Source: Guillardia theta CCMP2712
Taxonomy: Eukaryota; Protista; Cryptophyta
Direction: 5' to 3'
Assembly: GCF_000315625.1 (NCBI RefSeq)
Contig: NW_005434633.1
Coordinates: 324,130-388,129, forward strand
DNA length: 64,000 nucleotides
Shown one piece after another: positions 40,501-48,743 of the stretch; the stretch's first letter is position 1; every line of letters begins with the position of its first letter. The notes below the pieces were generated by a model. It was not told the origin of the DNA. It saw nothing but the letters and a program-made list of their open reading frames with translations, and did no database searches. The position numbers and the translations under genes were made by a program.

Positions 40501-40734
40501 TGAATATAAGAAGCATTTATCATCTTTGTTCTGAATATTGATAATAGCTCGCTTATTCTTAACCCAATCTGGCAGCTCCTTAAATGTTCCTCCGCTGGTA
40601 ACCTGAGAATTAGCAAAGTATATCTCAATGTATCTTATTCCGACTGTGTATTTATATGTTAGATCTCGGATTAGTAATTGGTTTTTTAAAGTATTTAATA
40701 GTTCCTTCACATCTGTTTGATTTGTGATAAGCAT
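37567..40734 (-). CDS. polB: Protein-primed family B DNA polymerase (Polinton-type) with OTU-like and endonuclease VII-like inserts
   Basis: Exonuclease motifs YGDFEA, FHNSNYD, YLHKDV; polymerase motifs DANNLYG, KLMNNAVFGK, TDTDS; EndoVII-like CPCC..RHHNHFTG..LCRNCN; DDKCF...HY N-terminal domain. Confidence 0.95.
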   Translation of the reverse strand: MLITNQTDVKELLNTLKNQLLIRDLTYKYTVGIRYIEIYFANSQVTSGGTFKELPDWVKNKRAIINIQNKDDKCFLYSVLADLYPTSKEIKNPNRVSNYDKYLDKLDYQGFELPMKVKDICKFETKNNLAINVYTITNKKIVTSHVSNKDHSLKRINLMLHDGHYSYIKSINALLGHDATDNRSLFCDICCTCNFKSKQALENHKKFCITNNYQRLEMPKQKEENEKIYISFNKHVALNKLPIRIYGDFEAIQDYNDTKISKNGNTSYYSKHKAASFKILIVSDIPLIGFDHKKVNDKYIYDYLYRGEKPAYEFASLLMRIKDALNNSINSALEEHEDYKTICMNSEQKQEYNKTRNCPCCKCVFDHTNYKCRHHNHFTGDYIMPLCRNCNLKANLKRNNIDIPVIFHNSNYDKNLFLTEFGKFYNVKEISVIPDNTEKFKYFKVGQYSFIDSFRFMSSGLEKLINNIPKDKRTYLRSLCETEEQFKYLNGKGIFPYEWFDSIEKFDYPITELKKESFKSEIKRSSGCSEEEYDELLETVEALNIKTFGEYHDIYLHKDVNGLADVFESFIELSIKTYKLDPCFFVGTPSYGWSAMLLLTNVKLENLTDIEMYEFYEAGIRGGQSIIMSKKFKANNKYLEDYNPNKPSSYLYYGDANNLYGWAMSLPLPIGGFTWLKNPELFDIESLREDEGATLEVDLRYPEELHDYHNDYPLAPEKIKLGNCEKLCGTLHNKKNYVIDYRNLKLYLSLGLELTKIHRVITYKQQAWLKPWIDKNTDLRKLSKNDFEKDYYKLMNNAVFGKTMENVRNRVKVKLPTTLEKAQKYSNKPNCTKWEIIHNEMVLVSLKEESVKLDKPIYAGFSILDLSKYLMYDFYYNIMKPKYKENLKLLATDTDSFFFAVYTEDLYNDIWEMREHFDMSEYSKENPLHDETNKKVIGKFKDELGDKIMSEFIGVRPKCYSYKKYSMKDGYENVKKLKGVPSAIVKTDIKHDDYDKCVSENKPLTCKVHGIRSSKLQNYTIKQSKTALSNTDDKRYWDVSLGFSSLALGHYRINN

Positions 40735-40820
40735 AGCTTCTCCCGTTTCATAATCTGTTATTATTTCTTGATAATCATTGATAAATGAAGTTACAATCTT
40801 ATTTTTTTGTATTTTGTTAT

Positions 40821-41276
40821 CTATGGTTTCTTATTCTCCTTATCGAACTCGTTTAATACATTGCGCAATGTCTTTAAGTCTCTTCTATTGAACCACTCGT
40901 TGCCATAAGCAGGAGTTGTTAGCTCTTTCATCCTCCTCTTTGCTCTAAGTTCAAATCTTTCTTGTGGTGCTCCCTCTTGATTAGTTCCCTTGACATACTG
41001 ATACCATACCCTAAGATGTAAAACTCTAAAATCACCATCATAATATTTTTCATAGTCTGATAACCTTCTTATGATCTCGCTGCTGCCAACTGATGAAATC
41101 CCTAGCTTAATCAAGTCACCCTTACCATTGACAGTCTTAGGAGTTCTGATGACATAGAAGGCGGATGTATTTAGATATTCATCATATTTTTTCTTGAAGT
41201 CTAGCCATTTCATACCTAGGTCATCATTTGAGTTATATACTATTTCACCATTTCTGCTCCCTCTTAACTTGCTCAT
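40821..41276 (-). CDS. GIY-YIG superfamily (T5orf172/MUG113-like) nuclease
   Basis: FYVIR...LIKLGIS...RRLSDY...E...GNEWF pattern. Confidence 0.65.
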   Translation of the reverse strand: MSKLRGSRNGEIVYNSNDDLGMKWLDFKKKYDEYLNTSAFYVIRTPKTVNGKGDLIKLGISSVGSSEIIRRLSDYEKYYDGDFRVLHLRVWYQYVKGTNQEGAPQERFELRAKRRMKELTTPAYGNEWFNRRDLKTLRNVLNEFDKENKKP

Positions 41277-41300
41277 AATTTATTTACAGGTAATAAATAA

Positions 41301-41531
41301 ATGAACGGATCACAGAGGAATAAGTACCGATTAGATGAGGCTTACAGGAATAAGAAGAAGGCATATAGCCGTGAATATTACCGCAATAAGGTAAAACTTG
41401 AAAATTCTAAGCTGTACAAAGAGATTGCTATAATAAAAGAAAAACAAATATTATATTTTGATAATGACATAAGTCATGACACTAGCTTTTGGAGTGATTT
41501 CAATGCCAAAAAATTAAATATAGCTAAATGA
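41301..41531 (+). CDS. Small basic viral-type hypothetical protein
   Basis: 76 aa, YRNKKKAYSREYYRNK; TAAATG start context; divergent from the GIY-YIG gene. Confidence 0.55.
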   Translation: MNGSQRNKYRLDEAYRNKKKAYSREYYRNKVKLENSKLYKEIAIIKEKQILYFDNDISHDTSFWSDFNAKKLNIAK

Positions 41532-41752
41532 TAAAATATGAATTATGACAACCTCAACTGGGTTGCTGGTAGGGGGTATCAATTGTCTCAAAGAGAGTTA
41601 AGGAACACATCAAACCAACTCAGTGGTGAAATAGGAGCACAGAGAGATGAGATAATAGCTTACGTTGATAACGAGCTTAAGAAATATTATAATAAGGGTG
41701 AGATTGACTTTAGTGTTTATACCAAGAATGAAACTGATACAATTATTAAAGA

Positions 41753-42320
41753 TGAGAGCAATGTGCTATATGGCCATATAATGACACACTCAAACATTCT
41801 GTTTGATTACATCTAAAACACAAGTAATATATTATTAACATCTGCTATCAATGAAATTAATACTGAGAGCAATGTGCTATATGACCACATAATGACACAC
41901 TCAAACATTTTGTTTGATTACATCTATCATACCAGCAATATTTTATCATCATCTGCTAACAATGGAATTAACACTGAAAGTAATGTGCTATATGGCCACA
42001 TAATGACACAATCAAACATCTTGAATAATACTATATACAGTGAGAGCAATGTGCTATATGACCACATTATGACACATTCAAACATCTTGAGTACTACAAT
42101 ATACAATGAGAGCAATGTGCTATATGGTCACATCATGACACATTCAAACATCTTGAATAATACAATATACAGTGAGAGCAACGTGCTATATGGTCACCTC
42201 ATGACACATTCAAACATCTTGAATAATACAATATACAGTGAGAGCAATGTGCTATATGGTCACCTCATGACACATTCAAACATCTTGAATAATACAATAT
42301 ACAGTGAGAGCAACATATTG
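41753..42320 (+). repeat. Coding tandem repeat, 66-bp unit (ESNVLYGHIMTHSNILNNTIYS)
   Basis: gagagcaatgtgctatatg recurs at 66-bp spacing from ~41976 to ~42306, with two ~111-bp variants upstream. Confidence 0.9.
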
Positions 42321-43257
42321 CGAGCATGAGCAAATACCGACCTCATTTGACTGGACAACTCAAATAACAGGAACAGATAATATAATAGATGTAAATAAAC
42401 TTATTGATGAGAGAAACCTCTTGGCTGCCGATTTATCCTCAATCTTTGGCCATCCTTACACTTTCTTTGATACAACTGTTGAGCCTACCCTTATAAGTGG
42501 CAATGATTATTATCTTAAATTTACATATGATGGTATAGGAAATAGCACAACATACGAGATAAATTTTCATTATGACACTGTCTGCGATATTCTCATTGTC
42601 GGTGGTGGAGGCTCAGGCGGTCGAGGTGCTAGCTCAGCCGCAGGGGGTGGGGGTGGGGCTGGTGAGGTGGTACATCTAATTGATTACAGAATAGACACTG
42701 GTACGTACAATATAGTTGTAGGAAATGGAGGAAGCGACAGCAACGGTTATATATCATCGTTTGGAAACATTCAGGCTAACGGTGGTGGTAAAGGTGGGAG
42801 ACTTGCAAATGGCAACGATGGGGGGAGTGGTGGAGGAGGAACTTACCATATTCTAATGGAGGTGCTAGCGTCAAGCTTTCAAATGGATACGGAAACTCTG
42901 GCGGTAGCAGTGCCGGAGGATTTACTATAGGAGCCTCAGCCGGTGGGGGTGGTGGCGCTGGTGGTCCTGGAGATGATGCAAGCAGTTCCGTAAATCAAAC
43001 ACTGGGAGGTGTTGGAGTATCAATAGATATCACAGGAGAAGACATTATATATGGAACAGGTGGAAGGGGTGGGGATAAAAATAATAATGTGACAGGCATT
43101 GATGCTCAGAACCATTCAGGAGACGGCGGAGAAGGAGGAGGGAAGGGCAGCTTTTTTTTGAGTCGTTTCGGTGGAAAAGGCGGCTCCGGTGTGGTTATCA
43201 TACGTTTTAAGAAAGCGACGCTCTTTAATGGCGACTATAACAATCTCATCAACAAGC

Positions 43258-43797
43258 CTACACTAGCAACCATAGCAACAAGCGGCTTATACTCTGACCT
43301 TTCAGGAGCTCCAACACTGGCAACGGTAGCAACAAGCGGCTTATACTCTGACCTATCAGGAGCTCCAACACTGGCAACGGTAGCAACAAGCGGCTTATAC
43401 TCTGACCTATCAGGAGCTCCAACACTGGCAACGGTAGCAACAAGCGGCTTATACTCTGACCTTTCAGGAGCTCCAACACTGGCAACGGTAGCAACAAGCG
43501 GCTTATACTCTGACCTATCAGGAGCTCCAACACTGGCAAACATAGCAACAAGTGGCTTATACTCCGACTTAACAGGAGCTCCAACACTGGCAACTGTGGC
43601 AACAAGCGGCTTATACTCTGACCTTTCAGGAGCTCCAACACTGGCAACTGTGGCAACAAGCGGCTTATACTCTGACCTATCAGGAGCTCCAACACTGGCA
43701 ACGGTAGCAACAAGCGGCTTATACTCTGACCTTTCAGGAGCTCCAACACTGGCAACTGTGGCAACATCTGGCAGTTACAATGACTTAAGCGACAAGC
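43258..43797 (+). repeat. Coding tandem repeat, 10 x 54 bp (PTLATVATSGLYSDLSGA)
   Basis: Translation of ORF 43089-44606. Confidence 0.95.
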
Positions 43798-44604
43798 CGA
43801 CTATATTAAGCTATGGTGATATTAATGTACAAGCATATTTAACTAACAATAATTATATAACAAGCACCGACCAATACATACAGAGTGTTTCATCTGATTT
43901 TAATGTCACAGGTGGATTGCTTACATATACCGGTTCATCTTCACAATGGACCACAAGCGGGACAGATTTAACATATACCGGAAATATTTATGTAGATGGT
44001 AATATCATATTTACAGGTTATGAATATGACCAGACAACAAATGTATCTAATGGATACACCGCAATGACAGGCGCTCAGGTTTGGCTCCCATACACTGGCA
44101 CAGCTTGGTCTCCGATATACCATATCAACAATGTTGGATATATCTACACACAAACTTCTGGGGTGAATACAGTGGCAGATGAAACACTTACGTTTAATGT
44201 CCCAAGCGGTAAATCTCATATGTATATCAATCATCTGCCTTGGAATAATTGTGGGTATTTTGATGTATATGGGCTTCTTTCAAATGGGACTTGGTTATTT
44301 GTGTGCCGCATCAACAATTACAACCCTAACACACAGAACTCGACTGAACATAGCGGGGTTACAGTAAATGAGATAGGAGCAGTGAATAGGTTTGTAAAGA
44401 TTAGAATAGATGCAAGAAAGGGGAGAATTCATTTGATGGGCATAGGATGGTCGCAAAAGAAGCACGGTGTTACAAATGGCGGATGGACAGGATACATACA
44501 CTGGGACAACGTTGTAAGCATACCATCCATATTATCAAACCAAAATTTACTATTCAACAATATGGGAAACAATCACGGAACATATACAGACTTCAATAGC
44601 ATAT

Positions 44605-44934
44605 GAAGATATTCAGTATGTACCACCAGATAGGAACAGAACAAGAAGGGTTAAAGAGATCTCAACCAATACATTTGTAAGGATTAAGCATCAAGGTAAA
44701 TTTTATCTTGGAGTAATATATGATATTGTAATTAATAATAAGAAGCCGTGGTTTAGTGTTGTATTCTTTGACGATAAATATAATGTAAATGTTAGTGACG
44801 TAGGAGGTTATAAAAAAGATGAGGTCAAAGAAGGAATTTTAAATTTTGAGGAATGGGAGGATAAAAATCCAAAGTTAGCAAAAGAACTAAGGGCTACATG
44901 GTCAAGGGCTAGGAATGAGTATGGGTTACTCTAA
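44605..44934 (+). pseudogene. Start-less ORF remnant (~110 codons)
   Basis: Open frame ...RRVKEISTNTFVRIKHQGKFYLGVIYD...RARNEYGLL* with no ATG in this span. Confidence 0.5.
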
Positions 44935-45082
44935 ACAACTGTTTTAATTTACTAAACAGTGACTTCTTTTTTGGAGGGGTAAGCTTGACACCGATTGTGT
45001 CTAGCACATTAAATCTAGTCCAAGGTCTCTCTAAGGCCTCGCAATAATAAATTTTGCCTTCTTCTAAAAGCTGATAAACCAT
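44909..45082 (-). CDS. Small hypothetical protein (57 aa)
   Basis: MVYQLLEEGKIYYCEALERPW...; TAAATG start context shared with neighbours. Confidence 0.4.
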   Translation of the reverse strand: MVYQLLEEGKIYYCEALERPWTRFNVLDTIGVKLTPPKKKSLFSKLKQLFRVTHTHS

Positions 45083-45101
45083 TTATTAATACTTTACAAA
45101 A

Positions 45102-45902
45102 TTAGTAATTCATAATACATATGTGAGTTGTTGTCTTCTTCTTGTTTCCTTCACTACGTAAAGAGTTTTGATATTGCTTTTTGTACTCACCCTCATCTTT
45201 AATATAGTCCTTAAATATTATCTTAAAAAGCCAATTATTCTCGTGACATATTAGCATCTTGCTTTTAAAATTCTTAAAACCTATTTTTACGAAATATTCA
45301 TACATATTAAGCTTATCACTCGAATAAAAGTTATTATTTGATGCTATATATGGAGGGTCTAGAAACATAAAGACATTATCCTTATCATATTCTTGTATAA
45401 CATCGCAACCATCCTTATTCAATATGGTTATATCCTCTGATGTTAGAAAGTCATATATTGGATAATCTGAAAATTTAAACTTTCTTTTAAATACACTTTC
45501 AGGAGGAAATAAACCAACCCTAAAATTATAGTACCTATTTGCCATGATGTAACCTGTTAATGTTTTGCTTCTTGTGAATTTGTTGTATTCTTCTTTTGTT
45601 ATAATTATTTCTTCATCCTCATCTCTGATAACATCGTTAATCTCTTTTTCTATTTCATCCATCCGCTTTTTATCTCCTGATTTCACAAGGGTTAGAAGCT
45701 CATATAACTTATTGTCTAGGTCATTTAACACGTACTTAAATCTTTTTGTTGGGAATTGCTTCCATATGTAATAAGACACAGCACAAGAACCACAGAATGG
45801 CTCGCATACCGTGTCGATATTTTCAAAATTAATCTTAGAGTATATACGCTCTACCTCCTCCCTCTTATTACCAGCATATGAGAAGAAAAAATGGTTCTTC
45901 AT
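45102..45902 (-). CDS. Dam-like (D12 class) N6-adenine DNA methyltransferase
   Basis: FSYAGNK, EPFCGS (SAM-binding motif I), LNDLD, FLDPPY (motif IV). Confidence 0.9.
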   Translation of the reverse strand: MKNHFFFSYAGNKREEVERIYSKINFENIDTVCEPFCGSCAVSYYIWKQFPTKRFKYVLNDLDNKLYELLTLVKSGDKKRMDEIEKEINDVIRDEDEEIIITKEEYNKFTRSKTLTGYIMANRYYNFRVGLFPPESVFKRKFKFSDYPIYDFLTSEDITILNKDGCDVIQEYDKDNVFMFLDPPYIASNNNFYSSDKLNMYEYFVKIGFKNFKSKMLICHENNWLFKIIFKDYIKDEGEYKKQYQNSLRSEGNKKKTTTHICIMNY

Positions 45903-46067
45903 TTATTGTTGTGGCATATTTTATTTTTAAGCCCGCCTCAGAACATCCAAATTTGCTTTTTTTTTTTCCGTATAGTAGGTTTTGAACTGAGGAGTTTGAG
46001 GATGAAGAAAAAGGTTTCATCCACTGTCACAAATGGATATTTTCAATTTGAGAAGACAAACATTATA

Positions 46068-46291
46068 TATTTTTTATCTCATGCGAATTCTCACAATCTC
46101 TCGAAGAAATCCCACACTGTTATGGTGCGAGAAATTTTTTCACATTGGAATGGTAAGGAATTTTTTGAGAGATTGACAGAAACTCTTATGAGAACGTAAG
46201 GATATACACAAGACTTTGAGTATAGCAAAATTTCACATCAAAATGGTGCGAAATATACACGTGGGGTGAGGGGGTAAAAAATATAACACAC
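46068..46291 (-). repeat. Right terminal inverted repeat (224 bp)
   Basis: Reverse complement of 37327-37550. Confidence 0.95.
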
Positions 46292-46656
46292 GCTAGATGA
46301 CGCTGCTGCCCAAGGCATACGCCGAGGGGCGCAAGAGGCCTGACTGAGGGCGGCGAAGGATGCCGTGGCGTGTAGTCTGCTCTTTGTTAGGAAAACTTGC
46401 TACAAGTGTCTCTCGATCGGATCCCGGCAAGAAACCAAAGTTAGCGTGCGAAAACAATGCACAGTCCAACGGTACTTTACTTGAATCCAACATTAAAGAT
46501 AAAGAAAAGTAAGTAATATTTCTTCAGAAACGATACTGCCTAGGACACCTACTTAAGAGAGACAAAAAGTCAGCAAACATATCCGATCTTTTCGCTCCCT
46601 AGCGCTGTTAGATGAGAACACACTTCTCAGCCCCACCTCGCTGCAAACACCAAGAA

Positions 46657-47140
46657 TCAATGAGCATTCACAAGATTGAAATCACGAATTGTTTTCTTGA
46701 ACTCTGGAGTGCAAAATTCACGTGTAGACAACCAAGAATCATCCGACGACTTGTCATATCCTTTCCAACGAACCAAGCACTGCACACGATTACCTTTTCC
46801 ACGACGAGCCAGAACACGATCGACCTCGAAATACTGTCCATCTCGTTGAACTAAAGGCAAAGGTTGTGGTTCACTCTCTTCCAAAGAAACATCGCGAAAA
46901 TAGTAAAAACGAAGTTTCGCCACGTTGTTTATCACCATTCTCCGTTGAGAACTGGTCTTGCTCAGCCATCGGGAGAGTAGCCGGGGGCCACCATAGCTGC
47001 ACTTCTGGACCGAACGCAGAGATCGCGGCGCCTACCCACCTATGACGTGAGATGCGGTGAAATTTACATCGACCTTCCAGATACCCGATCCATGAGACGA
47101 CTGATCTCTCCATTGTCTGCTCGCCATTGTACTGCAGCAA
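46657..47140 (-). pseudogene. Chromodomain-containing ORF remnant, probably TE-derived
   Basis: YFEVDRVLARRGKGNRVQCLVRWKGYDKSSDDSW; an overlapping upstream ORF lies in another frame. Confidence 0.7.
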
Positions 47141-48743
47141 CGACTTCGGATCCAGTTTGCGGCAAATCTTACCACCCGGTCATTCTCCGCATGCTTCGCC
47201 GGGCTTGGTAGGCTTGACCTCGGGTTCCTGACCCCTCCTCCTTCATGCTCTCAGTCTCCCCGCCCTGCTCCCCATCCTTCCCTGCCTCGTAAGCCTGCCA
47301 TGATGTCCAGCTTCGTTCCCTCGCAGCAGCCATCCGTCTCATCCAGGAGGCCTTGTGAGTCCATCCAAGGACAGAGCCGCCCCCTTTCCTCCTTCCCCTC
47401 TCCCCCATTATATCTCTGATGGCCTCAGCCTCCCTCTCGTGCTGCTCGCGAGGCTCCGCACGCCCTCAAGGCTCTCGACCGCTCCGGGTCAGCCGATACG
47501 CTCCTTCCCGCTCCTGTGGATTAGGTCCTGATTGGACTGCCAGGCACGATGTCCGACTGGACTCGAATGTCGAGTCCTGTTGCGATCTACAACGGGTTGG
47601 GCAGGAAGAGCGTCCTCCTCCAATACGCGCGCGATCGTATTCCTGTTTGAAGCCGCCTGAGAGCGAGAGGGGAGGGCTGCTATAGGCCTGAACGTGCTCT
47701 ACCGCCACGGGAGCACGGGATTCCTCCCTCAACTGCGGTGAAGAAAATATTTGTCCTTCTCCCGCTTCATTGCTCTGTCTGCCTGAATTCATCTTCATGA
47801 ATTGTCGGCTCAATGTCTTCTCGGCGTTCATACGCGCTTTGCCGAGTTTCGGCGGACATGTCGATTTGTTTCGATAAATACTTTTCGAAGATTGAAATTG
47901 CACCAACTTGCGATCAAATGTTGTACACACAACCTTCGGGAATGAGGGAGATCACCAGAGCGATGACTGCTGTGTGAAGCGCCTCTAGGGGAGTATCTCG
48001 TCGTCGACTCTCTACCTCATCATCGTATCTGAGTCAGTATGAGCATTCCTCCAGTGACTCCTAACGCACTCGAGGAAGATGTCGGATCTTACTCACATTC
48101 CAGGGGGCATCGGGGGATAGTCGCGACATCCTGGTATCGTGATCGCCACGGCTGCTCCCGACCTGCTCTGTCATACATATCACTACCTTTTGTTTACCTG
48201 CATTGTTCCTCCTTCCCCCCCCCCTTCTTCAAGTCTTCCGTCTCCCCGCCCTGATCCCCATCCTTTCCCGCCTCGTAAGCCTGCCATGATGACCTGCCGT
48301 ACCCTCCCTCCCTCCTCCCTACCGTCCCCCGTCTCTCCTTCCTGCCCGTTCCTCCAGCCTCCTAGATCCCGTCAGCAGCAGCTTCGATCCCTCGCAGCAG
48401 CCATCCGTCTCATTGAGGAGAAGCGAGTGCTCGAAGCCGTGACGGGGGAGGAGCTGCGACTCTGAGCGAGGCAGCCTGGACAAGAGGACCAGTCACAGGT
48501 CCACGGCTACGGATCGCCTCCAGCACCGACGCGCTCGCAGGTCAAGGGGCAGCCGACATTGCGATGCTTGTACGCTCGCGGCAAGCCAAGAAGTCCAAGT
48601 AGCGTCGTAGGTGACGACAAGAGGTTGAATGTGAAATAAAGCCACGTGTACACTAGCAGACTAGCATGTGAGACTGGGGTAGACGATGGTGATTGAGCTT
48701 GCTTTCATTGGTACACCCGTGACCTGTAGTGAGGCTGTAGGAC

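Larger units (their letters stand above)
41538..44606 (+). pseudogene. Disrupted fibre/adhesin-like protein (SNIL repeats, glycine-rich domain, VATSG..DL repeats)
   Basis: ORFs 41538, 41874, 42304 and 43089 join via an in-frame TAA (41814-16) and two frameshifts (~42320, ~42845). Motifs YTKNETD, ILIVGGGGSGG, GGSGVVIIRF, LATVATSGSYNDLSDKPT. Confidence 0.75.
37327..46291. mobile_element. Polinton/PLV-related TIR element (8965 bp) without capsid or integrase genes
   Basis: 224-bp TIRs, abrupt switch to AT-rich intronless sequence, pPolB, GIY-YIG-like ORF, fibre-like ORFs and Dam-like MTase. Boundaries are fixed by the empty site at 34685-34700. Confidence 0.93.
32418..48586. repeat. Composite repeat block bracketed by degenerate ~50-bp direct repeats
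   Basis: 32418-32469 and 48534-48586 share ctcgcaggtca.ggggcagccg and an exact 19-mer ttgtacgctcgcggcaagc. Confidence 0.6.

Noticed and set aside
43258-43797. 54-bp and 66-bp periodic repeats as a CRISPR array
   Set aside because: No unique spacers; units are multiples of 3 and encode protein repeats; no cas genes
45891-46199. 102-aa ORF
   Set aside because: Mostly TIR sequence, non-ATG start, no motif
37327-46291. Contaminant or misassembled viral contig
   Set aside because: Both flanks rejoin exactly to the empty-site paralog and the TIRs are symmetric; read-level confirmation is still advisable
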